From: an uncultured virus (IMG/VR IMGVR_UViG_3300031276_000162)
Taxonomy: Duplodnaviria; Heunggongvirae; Uroviricota; Caudoviricetes
Length of the DNA: 64,000 nucleotides
Direction: 5' to 3' (one strand)
IMG/VR virus record: IMGVR_UViG_3300031276_000162
The notes under the pieces are model-generated. The model did no database searches. It saw only the letters and a program-made list of their open reading frames with translations, and was not told the DNA's origin. Position 1 is the stretch's first letter, and each line of letters starts with the position of its first letter. Position numbers and translations under genes: made by a program. This document shows positions 12,149 through 21,462 of the stretch, one piece after another.

Positions 12149-12889
12149 ATGGCATACGTGCAGGCAGTTGGGCTGGTCGAGCGGGCCGAGCAGGTCAACG
12201 ACATCAACTTCTATGGCGAGGGCTGCGCCCGCGGCAAGTATCCGCCGCGTGAGCAGTATGACGCGCTCAAGCAGATGTACGTCCAGTACCGGATGTGGCA
12301 GACCGAGCGAGCGAAGTGTGCCGCGCTTCCCGCCGCGCAGCGCGCCGGGTGCGAGCAGAACACCCGCCTCGAATTCGAGCGCCGCTGCGCCGGGCCGCTC
12401 ACCCACCTGCAATCGCTGTGCAGTAAACTGCCCACCGACCAGCCCCCCGAGGACATCCGGTGGGAGCGCGGGTGCGCGCCCGGGAGCAAGCTGCCGCCGG
12501 ACGAGCTGCCGCTGGTCAATCAGATCATCGCGCTGGAGCAGCGCCTGGAAGCCGAGATCGCGTTCTGCATGCAAGCCCTCGGCCCGTATGGCCCGACCTG
12601 CCGCGCGGCGGTCGAGCAGCAGCTGCGGCCGCGGATCGACGCCAAGTATGCCGAGCTGGCGGCGCTGTGCGCGAGCAAGGCGCCCGCGCCGGCCGTGCTG
12701 CCGCCGGACGAAATCGAGACGCTGCCGGACGAGGCCGACCTGGCGCCGACCGCGCCGGCAAACGAGCCGGCCGCGCCCGCGAGCCGCGCGTCGGGCGCGG
12801 GCCACGGCGGGCTCTGGCTACTGCTCGGCGCCGCCGCGGCCGGGCTCGTGATCTGGAACCTCGCGCTGAAGAAGGGAGCGCGCGCATGA
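12149..12889 (+). CDS. Cys-rich tail-anchored protein
   Basis: MAYV start; C-terminal TM plus KK. Confidence 0.7.
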   Translation: MAYVQAVGLVERAEQVNDINFYGEGCARGKYPPREQYDALKQMYVQYRMWQTERAKCAALPAAQRAGCEQNTRLEFERRCAGPLTHLQSLCSKLPTDQPPEDIRWERGCAPGSKLPPDELPLVNQIIALEQRLEAEIAFCMQALGPYGPTCRAAVEQQLRPRIDAKYAELAALCASKAPAPAVLPPDEIETLPDEADLAPTAPANEPAAPASRASGAGHGGLWLLLGAAAAGLVIWNLALKKGARA

Positions 12890-13893
12890 CGTACCTGTCG
12901 CTCTACGGGCTCGGTGACACGGAAGACGCTTACCACGTCGCGCTCGAAGACTACATCGCCAACCCGACCCAGCAGACGTACGCCGCCGCGCTCACGGCCT
13001 ACCAGGCTGACCTGGTGACCTGGCAGTCGGAGAAGAACGACGCACTGCTCACGGGCGCCCGTGGCGCGGCCAACTACGCCGAGCGGTTGCGGCGCTACGA
13101 GGTGGCGCTCCAGAAGTACGAGGCCGCCCACGCGCGCTGGGTGAGCGACCAACGCGGCTATCAGCAGGCGCTCAGCGAGTGGACGGCGCTCACCAGCGCC
13201 CGCAGCGCGTGGATGATCAAGCAGGGTACCTGGACTGGGTTGATGAACCAGTACATGGACTGTCAGGACGAGTGGGATGCCTACTGGGAGACGTACAACG
13301 ACGTGCAGCTCAGGCGCAAGAGCATCACCGCGGTCTACGACGCGAGCGCCGCGATGATCCAGCGCGACTGGGGCTGGGCCGGCAAATTGCCCACCGCCCG
13401 GTGCATCAGCGCCGCGCTCAAGGCCCACCAGGCTGCCCTGTGTAGCCAGACCACCCGGTCGGTGGAGCATGTGCGCGGGCTCGACGGGGAGGTGCAGGAG
13501 CCCGGCACGAACACCTACTACGGGACAGACAGCAACGGGGTGCCGTACTGCGCGTCGGCCGCCTTGCCCGTCTGCCAAGCGTGGCCGCAGCTGCCGCCCG
13601 AGCCGCGGCCGTGCGCCCAGCACCCGGGGCCACCGCCGACCGAGCCGCCCCCGGCGGGGAGTAAGCCCACGCCGCCGTCCGCCCCCGAGCCGCAGCCGCC
13701 CGTGCGCCCGCCCCCGGCAGGCAGCGAGGCGGCCACCCGCCCAGCGCCCCAACCGCCCGCGCCGCTCGAACAGCAGCAGGCGGCGAGCGCGGCCGGCGGG
13801 TTCAGTGGCGCCGGGCTACTGCTCGCCGCGCTCGCCGCGGGCGGCGCTTACGTGCTGTACAAGCGGAGCAAGCGGCCGAAGGGAAGCAAGTGA
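12886..13893 (+). CDS. Coiled-coil/Pro-rich tail-anchored protein
   Basis: MTYLSLYGLG; ATGA coupling; C-terminal TM plus KRSKR. Confidence 0.7.
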   Translation: MTYLSLYGLGDTEDAYHVALEDYIANPTQQTYAAALTAYQADLVTWQSEKNDALLTGARGAANYAERLRRYEVALQKYEAAHARWVSDQRGYQQALSEWTALTSARSAWMIKQGTWTGLMNQYMDCQDEWDAYWETYNDVQLRRKSITAVYDASAAMIQRDWGWAGKLPTARCISAALKAHQAALCSQTTRSVEHVRGLDGEVQEPGTNTYYGTDSNGVPYCASAALPVCQAWPQLPPEPRPCAQHPGPPPTEPPPAGSKPTPPSAPEPQPPVRPPPAGSEAATRPAPQPPAPLEQQQAASAAGGFSGAGLLLAALAAGGAYVLYKRSKRPKGSK

Positions 13894-14252
13894 TGCTCCA
13901 CGGCTACCAGGAAGACTACGAGCGCGCGAGCGCCACGGCCACCAGCCGCTACAGCACGCTGCTGCTGTTTCGCAAGTACGGGCTGGAGCCGCCGGCCGTG
14001 TTTCCGGTGTGCATCCCGCCGGAGCGCAAGCGCGTGGCCGAAAAGGAGTGCGCGGGCGCCGCGCCCACCAGCCCGAACGACATCTACAACCAGTACCTGC
14101 CGCCGTGCGCCCTGGCCGAGATGCCCGAGTGTACCCCCAAGCACATCGTCGCCCCCCTGCCGGACAGCGGGTGGGGGCGCACCGCACTATGGATCGCCGG
14201 GGGCGTGGTCGTGGCCGGCGCCGGCGCGTGGCTGTTGACCAGGAAGCGTTAG
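13890..14252 (+). CDS. Small tail-anchored protein
   Basis: C-terminal TM plus RKR. Confidence 0.7.
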   Translation: MMLHGYQEDYERASATATSRYSTLLLFRKYGLEPPAVFPVCIPPERKRVAEKECAGAAPTSPNDIYNQYLPPCALAEMPECTPKHIVAPLPDSGWGRTALWIAGGVVVAGAGAWLLTRKR

Positions 14253-14261
14253 GAATCGAGC

Positions 14262-14954
14262 ATGCCGAACTACCCCACCTACCCCAGCCAGCCCTTCACC
14301 GGTAACCTGCCGAGCGCGGCCGCCCTCGGGCCCGAGGATCTGCACCCGTCGTCGGGCACCGCGCCCTACTACCAGGCCCAGATCGATCGCCGCTACACCC
14401 GGGCCCTCGCCGGGCTGGGGAGCGTCGAGGTGCAGGACGAGGGCACCGACCAGGGCTATGCCACCAATGAGCTGAACTACATCGCCGCGCTCGACGACGT
14501 GCAGGGCAACGGGGTGTTCGACCCGCCGGGCACCGAGCCCAACATCCACGGGGATGCGGGGGTGTTCGCAAGCCGCTACGGGCTGCCGGGCTACATGGCG
14601 CGCGAGCGCATGTACGAGCCGAGCGAGGTGGTCGACGCCACCACCGGCCGCCCCGTGGTCTACGTCAACTCGGGCGCGGTGTCGCTCGACAGCGCGGCGC
14701 AGGTAGCGTTCACCGAGCGGGGGCTCTATGCGCCGCCCGACCCGGTCATCCGACAGCAGCAGGCGTACAACGTGCCCGACGTGCCGACCGAGGACGTGAG
14801 CATGCCCGCGTGGCCGGTGGAGGGCGGCCCGACCAACGGGCTCGGACAGGACGAGGGGTGGAGCGCCACCAAGCTGCTGCTGGTGACGGGCGCGGCCGCC
14901 GTCGGGATGGGCGCGCTGTATGCGCTGCTCAAGAAGCGGGGGGCGAGGAGATAG
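14262..14954 (+). CDS. Tail-anchored protein with GLG motifs
   Basis: LAGLG, NGLG, GNGVF; TM plus KKR. Confidence 0.75.
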   Translation: MPNYPTYPSQPFTGNLPSAAALGPEDLHPSSGTAPYYQAQIDRRYTRALAGLGSVEVQDEGTDQGYATNELNYIAALDDVQGNGVFDPPGTEPNIHGDAGVFASRYGLPGYMARERMYEPSEVVDATTGRPVVYVNSGAVSLDSAAQVAFTERGLYAPPDPVIRQQQAYNVPDVPTEDVSMPAWPVEGGPTNGLGQDEGWSATKLLLVTGAAAVGMGALYALLKKRGARR

Positions 14955-14956
14955 CC

Positions 14957-15343
14957 ATGGCGTACGCAGTTGGTGAATACATCCCGGTGCCCAGCGCTTC
15001 GGGTCCCTACCAGGCGGCCGTGGCGGGCCGCCCCGACGGGCTCGGCGCCTACTGGGCCTATCCGCCCCACCTCCGGCACAGCGCGCAGGAGCCCATGCTG
15101 GGCGGCCTCGGCGCTTTCGGCCAGAACCGCGCCCTCAGTGGCACCGGCACGGCCGTCGCCCTGCTCGCCGTGTACGTGGCCCTGTACGGCACGGCGGGCT
15201 ACTACGCGGGCCGGGCGATGAGCCCGACGCCCGCTGGCCAGCGCACCTATGGCACCATCGGCGGGGTCACGAGCGTCATGCTCGGCCCCCTCGCCGCGCT
15301 CGGTCTCGGCGTGCTCGGCGCCGTCGCCCAGGAAGGAAGATAG
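14957..15343 (+). CDS. Two-TM protein with GLG motifs
   Basis: GAGGAG RBS; DGLG, LGGLG. Confidence 0.7.
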   Translation: MAYAVGEYIPVPSASGPYQAAVAGRPDGLGAYWAYPPHLRHSAQEPMLGGLGAFGQNRALSGTGTAVALLAVYVALYGTAGYYAGRAMSPTPAGQRTYGTIGGVTSVMLGPLAALGLGVLGAVAQEGR

Positions 15344-15345
15344 CC

Positions 15346-15987
15346 GTGGATATCAAACGCACAGCCGCCGACCTCAAGCAGGTCGTTCACATCGCCAACC
15401 GCTTGCTGAAGCGCATCGCGCACAAGGCGGGCTTCGAGGATCCCGGCGAGGTGCTGGAGATCGACCACATGGCGGGCGGCTACCGCATCGAGATGCAGGG
15501 CGGCGCGGTGGATCTGAGCCCCCGCGGCACAGCCACCGAGGTCACCCTCTGGATGGAGGGCTACCTCGAAGGGCTGGAGCGGATGGAGACGTTCGTGGTC
15601 CGGTTCGCGGCGCCGCCCGGGCAGCGGGCGAAGCTGCAGCGCAACGCGCGCCGCCCCGCGCGTCGGCGCATGAAGCGCAACTCCTTCATGGAGCCCGATG
15701 GCCAAGGCCCCGAAGACTGGCTGATCGTCGACACGGCCCAGGGCGGCACGGTCATCCCGTACGACGTGGTCGGCAGCATGCGCAAGAGCGACGTGCTGGA
15801 GTACACCGAGGCGTTCGACGTCAAGGACATCTACGAGGTGGAGAAGCAGCGCGGCTACGGGGTGCGCCTGAGCGCGCCCGGGTACATGGACTGCACGGAC
15901 TGGGAGTTCTTCGCGACCGAGGCCGAGGCCCGCGCGCGCATGGCCGAACTCCAAGCCGAGTGCGACGAGGAAGACGAGGAGTACTGA
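15346..15987 (+). CDS. Two-module protein with basic LQRN/MKRN linker
   Basis: KLQRNARRPARRRMKRN separates two globular parts; acidic C-module with RLSAPGYMDCTDW. Confidence 0.7.
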   Translation: MDIKRTAADLKQVVHIANRLLKRIAHKAGFEDPGEVLEIDHMAGGYRIEMQGGAVDLSPRGTATEVTLWMEGYLEGLERMETFVVRFAAPPGQRAKLQRNARRPARRRMKRNSFMEPDGQGPEDWLIVDTAQGGTVIPYDVVGSMRKSDVLEYTEAFDVKDIYEVEKQRGYGVRLSAPGYMDCTDWEFFATEAEARARMAELQAECDEEDEEY

Positions 15988-15989
15988 TC

Positions 15990-16361
15990 ATGCAGATGCC
16001 AATCCAGCCGCCGGGTGTGCCCAACCCTTGGGCGGTGCACGTGCACCCGTACCCGACCCGCTTTCACGGCGGCCGGTGGGGGCGGCCGGAGTTTGGCTAC
16101 CCGGTGGTCAACCGGCCCACCAACATCGACCGCCCCACGCACCTGCGCGGGCTGGGCGAGGTGCAGTACCAGGTGGGCGACGGCGTCTTCCGCTACCCGT
16201 CGTCGGGCGGCGGCGGGGTGTTCAATCGCGCCATCTCGGGCGCCGTCGGCGAGCCCAGCGAGGGCGCGCGCATCGCCGCCTTCGTCGGCGCGCTGGTGGT
16301 GGCCGCGGGCGGCACCTACCTGTTGTTGTCGTATCGACAGAAAGCGAGCCGACGCGCGTAG
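15990..16361 (+). CDS. Tail-anchored protein
   Basis: LRGLG, GDGVF, GGVF; TM plus basic tail. Confidence 0.7.
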   Translation: MQMPIQPPGVPNPWAVHVHPYPTRFHGGRWGRPEFGYPVVNRPTNIDRPTHLRGLGEVQYQVGDGVFRYPSSGGGGVFNRAISGAVGEPSEGARIAAFVGALVVAAGGTYLLLSYRQKASRRA

Positions 16362-17485
16362 TGGCCACCGACGTCATCATCTCCGCGTTCGCGTCCAAGC
16401 GCGAGGCCCAGCCGGTCGAGCAGCTGCGCGATGCGCCCAAGCTCATCGGCGTGGGCGGCATCGGCTCAGACCAGTACCAGGCAAGCTTCGACACGGCGCG
16501 CAAGCCGCGCGAGCCGTGGGGCGGCAAGCCCTTCTCGCGCGAGGCCGAGCGCTACCGCAACAAGGGCGGTGGCTCGATTCTCAAGGGGCTCATCCGCGCG
16601 ATGGCCCCCACCATCGAGCCCCGGCGCATCGCGCTGGTCGGCTTCAGCGCGGGCAACACCTTCCTGTCGCAGATCCTCAAGAACGAGGAGGACGCGGCGC
16701 TGGTCGACGTGGTGCTTGCCATCGACGGGATGACCTACAGCAAGGACTGGAAGGGCAACCCGGTGGGGTTCGATCACTGGGTGCGCTTCGGGATGCGCGC
16801 CGCCGGCGTGAACCGGATGGCGTCGGCGAGCAACCCGTACGGCGGCCCGCTGATGGTGGTGAGCCACACGGACATCGTGAGCGGCGCGCCCAGCAAGGCC
16901 AGCAGCACGGGCGACGCGGCCGCGCACCTGCTCCGCCAGGTGAACGGCCCCTACTGGGATGCGGCCAATCATGTGAGCCAGGACGTGCTGGCCGCGCAGG
17001 GCGCCAAGCAGCAGCAGGTGCTGCAGCGTCTGCGCGCCGCCTCGCGCCAGATCCCCTCGCCGCTGCGCATCCGGGGCGGCAACCCGCCGACCACCAAGAC
17101 GTGGGCCCAGCCGCCCTATCCAGTGGACCAGGGTTACCTCGGCAACCTGTGGACGCTGCGCTGGGGCGGCACGGGCGGCCCGGACCACATCCTGCAGTCG
17201 AACCAGGTGCAGAAGATGCTCTGGGAGACCTACCTGGTGCCCCGCTGGAACTCCCGCAACGAGGACGTGGCGGGGCTCGGCGGCGGCCTCGGCGGCGGGG
17301 GCGGCCCGGTCGCCCACCGGCTCGCGGGGGTGGACTGGACGACGCCGGACGCCACCCAGCCCGGCGGCGGCATCGTGCAGCCCGGCACGCTGGGCGGCCG
17401 GTGGGGCTTCTTTCTGATGCTCGCGGGGGTAGGCGCGGCGGGGCTCTGGGGCGGTAAGAAGCTGATGGAGACGTTGCAGTCATGA
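16361..17485 (+). CDS. Alpha/beta-hydrolase-like protein with C-terminal anchor
   Basis: LVGFSAG nucleophile elbow, IDG, late DH; VAGLG before TM. Confidence 0.6.
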   Translation: MATDVIISAFASKREAQPVEQLRDAPKLIGVGGIGSDQYQASFDTARKPREPWGGKPFSREAERYRNKGGGSILKGLIRAMAPTIEPRRIALVGFSAGNTFLSQILKNEEDAALVDVVLAIDGMTYSKDWKGNPVGFDHWVRFGMRAAGVNRMASASNPYGGPLMVVSHTDIVSGAPSKASSTGDAAAHLLRQVNGPYWDAANHVSQDVLAAQGAKQQQVLQRLRAASRQIPSPLRIRGGNPPTTKTWAQPPYPVDQGYLGNLWTLRWGGTGGPDHILQSNQVQKMLWETYLVPRWNSRNEDVAGLGGGLGGGGGPVAHRLAGVDWTTPDATQPGGGIVQPGTLGGRWGFFLMLAGVGAAGLWGGKKLMETLQS

Positions 17486-17543
17486 CCGGCCCGAGCACGA
17501 TGACAACCACCCCGGCGCGCCCTGCGCTGCAGATAGGGAGGCA

Positions 17544-18602
17544 ATGAGCATGGAAGCGTGGGAGTGGCTGACCCCCTGGGGCACGGCGAAAGCAATCAGC
17601 TCGGCGACCTCCGAGTGGGTGTTTGGCGTCGATCCGGAAACGGGGGCGATCGAGGGCACCGAGCCCCCGAGCGGCGAGCCCGTGACGGCGAGCATCTACG
17701 CGGCCGACTCATCCTCCGTGCTGGAGCGCATCGCCCACCGCTTCGTCGTGGACATCTTGCCCCCCGGCGCGACGTCTCGGCAGCGCGCGGGCTGGCTGGT
17801 GTTCTGGCGCGCGATAGCGATTGGCAACGTCGGCCTGATGCGCAAGATGTACGGCATCGACCCCGACGCGGGCTTCGACGTCACCCGGGGTGCGGCCAAG
17901 ATCCAGAAGCTTGCCGAGGAAAAGGCTGGGACCTGGCAGAGCATCTTCGGCAAGGTGGCCGTGCCGGCGCAGATGTTTGCGGCGCTCCAGGTCGACGGGC
18001 TGCGCAAACTGATCTCCTACACGTTCGGGGCGGTGGAGGCCGGCTGGGGCGCCCACGTCGGCACCAACCCCCAGGCGCTCGTCGACGGCGGGTACATGAC
18101 CCCGTCCCAGCTGACGCGCGACTACTTCCTCCGGCTCGCCGCCTACCAGTGCATGGGCAAGCTGCTCATGAACGAGCACACGAGGTTTCTGATGATCCGC
18201 GAAGGCGGCCCGGTCTCGGGGCTGGGCGCCGCACCGGTCGTCGCCGCGGCGGGCCTCGGGGCGCTGCCGTACGTGGCCGTGGTGGCCGTGGTCATCGGGG
18301 TCTGCCTGCTGGTGGCGACCGTGGCGCACATCGCGGCCAACAACCGCTTGCTGGAGAACGCGCGCATCGACTGCATGCGGCAGTTTGAGCGGACGGGTAA
18401 GGAGAGCAAGCTCTGCGCCACGCTGCCGCAGGCGTTTGCCGCGAGCGCCATGAACACCCCGGCCGCGCAGCTGACCCAGCAGCTCACCAAGTATGGCGTC
18501 ATCGCCGGGGCGGTGGTGCTGGGCATCGTGTTTCTGCCGACCATCATCCGCAGCGTGCGCTCGTCGAGCCAGGCGGCGACGGCGCCGAGGGTAAGCTCAT
18601 GA
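17544..18602 (+). CDS. Membrane protein with GLG motif
   Basis: GGGAGG RBS; VSGLG then two TM helices. Confidence 0.7.
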   Translation: MSMEAWEWLTPWGTAKAISSATSEWVFGVDPETGAIEGTEPPSGEPVTASIYAADSSSVLERIAHRFVVDILPPGATSRQRAGWLVFWRAIAIGNVGLMRKMYGIDPDAGFDVTRGAAKIQKLAEEKAGTWQSIFGKVAVPAQMFAALQVDGLRKLISYTFGAVEAGWGAHVGTNPQALVDGGYMTPSQLTRDYFLRLAAYQCMGKLLMNEHTRFLMIREGGPVSGLGAAPVVAAAGLGALPYVAVVAVVIGVCLLVATVAHIAANNRLLENARIDCMRQFERTGKESKLCATLPQAFAASAMNTPAAQLTQQLTKYGVIAGAVVLGIVFLPTIIRSVRSSSQAATAPRVSS

Positions 18603-19249
18603 CATACGTACGAACCGGACCTTTGGGCTCTGCTGCGCTGGGGCAATTCGTCATCGACGTGCCCCCGCAGTGCTTCGACAACGATGCGTTTCGCGACTGC
18701 TACTACCAGTATCTCGGCTATGCGCAGAGCGAATGCGCCGACCCGGACGTCGCATCCATGTACGTGGACCGCGAGGACTGCGTCCGCGACCTGATGCAGA
18801 ACGACGTCTGGAGCCGGTGCGTCACCGAGCATTGCCCGTCGCAGGTGCACAGCGGCGGGGTGGCCAAGTACGAGCCCTACCCGCTCAACACCTTTAGTCA
18901 GCAGACCAAGGATCTGCAGAACGACATCAACCTGGTGCTCGCCCAGCTCGGCTGCGAGCTGCTCAACCCTGACGGCAAGCTCGGGCCGCTGACCTGCGGC
19001 GCCGCGCGCAAGGTCGACCCCGGCATCGTGCCGCCGACGTGTGTGAAGTTCACGGAGCCCAAGTGCACCCCGAAGCCGGTCGTGGTCAAGCCCGCGCCCG
19101 CCCCCGTTGTGCCGGCCATGCCCGGGCCGACGACCCCTGCTCCGGAGAAACCCAAGACCAAGCTCGCCAACGTGATGATCGGTGGCGCGGTGGTCGCAGC
19201 GGTGGGCGCGGGCGGGTACTTCTTCGCGAAGAAGAAGGGAATGATCTGA
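18599..19249 (+). CDS. Tail-anchored protein with peptidoglycan-binding-like domain
   Basis: LQ..IN..L...G....DGKLGPLT; TM plus KKKG. Confidence 0.65.
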   Translation: MTYVRTGPLGSAALGQFVIDVPPQCFDNDAFRDCYYQYLGYAQSECADPDVASMYVDREDCVRDLMQNDVWSRCVTEHCPSQVHSGGVAKYEPYPLNTFSQQTKDLQNDINLVLAQLGCELLNPDGKLGPLTCGAARKVDPGIVPPTCVKFTEPKCTPKPVVVKPAPAPVVPAMPGPTTPAPEKPKTKLANVMIGGAVVAAVGAGGYFFAKKKGMI

Positions 19250-19659
19250 TGTACGTAGCACTAGGCGCCGACGTCGAGTGGCTGGGGCCGCCTCACTCAC
19301 TTGTCAAGAGCGTGCAGCAAGAGACCAACGTGGCTCTCAAGCGCTTGGGCTGCCACCAGATCGGGACCGACGGCAAGCTCGGGCCTGAGACCTGCGGCGC
19401 GATCGACTACGTGATGACGCGCGGCGAGCACAGCGCCGCGGCGGTGGCGCAGGCCCAGTGGCTCATGGGGATCTGTAAGCGCGCGTCCTACAGCTGCAAG
19501 GCCAGCGGCGGTGGCGGCGCGGCGCTGCCATACGAGCCGGCGACGGCCAGCGCTGCCTCTCCGCTCTCCTCATCCAATCTGATCGTGGGCGCCGTGGTGG
19601 TCGCCACGGTGGGCATCGTGGGCTACGCGATTGCAAAGAAGAAGGGCATGGTGAAGTGA
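19249..19659 (+). CDS. Paralogous peptidoglycan-binding-like tail-anchored protein
   Basis: MYVALG; DGKLGPETCGA; ends AKKKGM like the upstream gene. Confidence 0.7.
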   Translation: MYVALGADVEWLGPPHSLVKSVQQETNVALKRLGCHQIGTDGKLGPETCGAIDYVMTRGEHSAAAVAQAQWLMGICKRASYSCKASGGGGAALPYEPATASAASPLSSSNLIVGAVVVATVGIVGYAIAKKKGMVK

Positions 19660-20123
19660 TGATCCGCGGCTATGTTGACACCAGCAAGTTCCGGGGTCCG
19701 TACGCGGCGCCCGGTCTGATGATGAGCGGACTCGGCTCGGCGTGGCCCGCGCGCCGGCAGATGTACGACGTCTCCAACTTCATGGCGCCCTACGACGAGT
19801 ACTACTTCCAGGACAACCAGCTGCTCGGTCTCGGCGCTGCGGCGCAGGTGAGCGATGCGGAGCTGGCGGCGATGCCGGACGAGGTCCGGCGCTACCTGGT
19901 CACCGGCGAGCCCATGGGCACACTGCGCCGCGATCTCGGCGCCGCGAGCGCCCAGATCCCGCGCTGGACGTGGGCCATCCTGATGGTGGGCGGCGGGTAC
20001 ATGACCTACCGCAGCTACCAGGCGTGGAAGAAGGCCCGGGCGGCCAAGCCGGCCGCACGCGGCCCCTACACGCCCGCCGAGCGACAACTCAAGGCCAACG
20101 CCCGCCGCCGGGCGAGGAGATAG
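19656..20123 (+). CDS. Membrane protein with both GLG and LKAN motifs
   Basis: MSGLG, LLGLG, TM, QLKANARRRARR. Confidence 0.7.
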   Translation: MMIRGYVDTSKFRGPYAAPGLMMSGLGSAWPARRQMYDVSNFMAPYDEYYFQDNQLLGLGAAAQVSDAELAAMPDEVRRYLVTGEPMGTLRRDLGAASAQIPRWTWAILMVGGGYMTYRSYQAWKKARAAKPAARGPYTPAERQLKANARRRARR

Positions 20124-20134
20124 GGCCGCGTCGC

Positions 20135-20473
20135 GTGATCTACTCCCAATGGCAGCCCGACCGGGGCACCTATCGCTACCTTGAAGCCCGCGAGCGACGC
20201 GGCCTCGGCGATGATCTGCCCACGCCTGCGCTGCCGCTGGGCACGTCGATCGGTGTGCCGAGCGTCGATGCGGGCCGCAAGGCGCCGGCTGGCGTGCGCG
20301 TGGTCGGCCAGGGCGAGCAGCCGCTCGGCTCGGTGACCCCGGCCAGCAAGCGCGGCCTGGCGGGGGTGAGCGGAATGTTGGACGTCATGCCAGTGTGGGG
20401 CTGGCTGGCCCTGGGAATCACCCTCGGGTGGGCCCTGGGGCGGCGCAGGCCAAAGCGGGGGATGAAGGAGTAG
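20135..20473 (+). CDS. Small tail-anchored protein
   Basis: GTG start (IYSQW...); RGLG; TM plus RRR. Confidence 0.6.
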   Translation: MIYSQWQPDRGTYRYLEARERRGLGDDLPTPALPLGTSIGVPSVDAGRKAPAGVRVVGQGEQPLGSVTPASKRGLAGVSGMLDVMPVWGWLALGITLGWALGRRRPKRGMKE

Positions 20474-20482
20474 TAGTGTTCC

Positions 20483-20752
20483 GTGCTCTTAGCGCAATCT
20501 GCAGTGGATCTTTCTGGCCAGGGGCCTCTCGTCGCGGCCCTGGGGACGGCGATCGCGGTGCTGGCGGGGGTCGTCGTGATTCTGTGGAAACAGAACCAGA
20601 GGCTGTATCGGGAAATGGCGGACCACCTGCGGGCAGCGCGGGACGAAGCGGTGCAGCGCGAGAATCGAGTGCACCAGACGGTCGACAAGGTGGGCGACTT
20701 GCTCGATGCCTTACCGGCGCTCCTCCGCCAGACACTGCCACCGAAACTATGA
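20483..20752 (+). CDS. Holin-like single-TM coiled-coil protein
   Basis: N-terminal TM then short coiled coil; function speculative. Confidence 0.45.
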   Translation: MLLAQSAVDLSGQGPLVAALGTAIAVLAGVVVILWKQNQRLYREMADHLRAARDEAVQRENRVHQTVDKVGDLLDALPALLRQTLPPKL

Positions 20753-20878
20753 AAGAGGTGGCTCGCCTGGACGCAAAGCTGGCTCCTATCAAGCGGGATA
20801 ACGACGCCCGGCTCGACCAGATGGATGACCGTCTGGACGCGATGATCGCGCAATGCAAGGCGCGGAGCTGACCGGCGC

Positions 20879-21460
20879 ATGGCCCGACGCACCTACGTGG
20901 AAAACCCTCGCGCCCTCGCCCGCAACGAGGCCGAGCGGCTACGGGAGACCTTCGTGGATCGTCCCGTGGAGCGGGTCGAGTACGTGAAGTGGGACTGGCC
21001 CAAGCGCATGCATGAGGTGGGCCAGTGTGTCGCGGTTATGTACAGCAGTGACAAGTGGCGCTCCCGCGGTGACAACGAGGACTACAAGCATGTGAGCGAG
21101 GGCGAGCAGCGATTGTTTGTGCGCGAGGGCTTCCTGCGTGACGCCGACGCCGATCCCAGCGGGCGGCAGAAGCTCGATGTGTGCGGGCCCGCGGTCGAGG
21201 TCAACGGCCGGATGCCGGAAGCCTTCGCGGTGCTCGCCCCGCTGCTGGGCATCCAGGCGCGCCTCTATGAGTGCGCGGGTGAAGCGGAGCCGGAGCTGGG
21301 GGACGAGCACTTCCAGATCAACATTGATGGGGCCACGCTTGGGGCGGCCAAGCATCCGGACACGGGCGAGACGTTCCTGATCGTGTACACGCCGAGTCAG
21401 GTGCTCGCCATGGTGACGGGCGACGTGCTCGACGTGAAGCAGGACGGGATCGTTGGGTAG
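20879..21460 (+). CDS. Hypothetical protein with YVENP leader
   Basis: GGAG RBS; MARRTYVENP then globular domain. Confidence 0.75.
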   Translation: MARRTYVENPRALARNEAERLRETFVDRPVERVEYVKWDWPKRMHEVGQCVAVMYSSDKWRSRGDNEDYKHVSEGEQRLFVREGFLRDADADPSGRQKLDVCGPAVEVNGRMPEAFAVLAPLLGIQARLYECAGEAEPELGDEHFQINIDGATLGAAKHPDTGETFLIVYTPSQVLAMVTGDVLDVKQDGIVG

Positions 21461-21462
21461 CC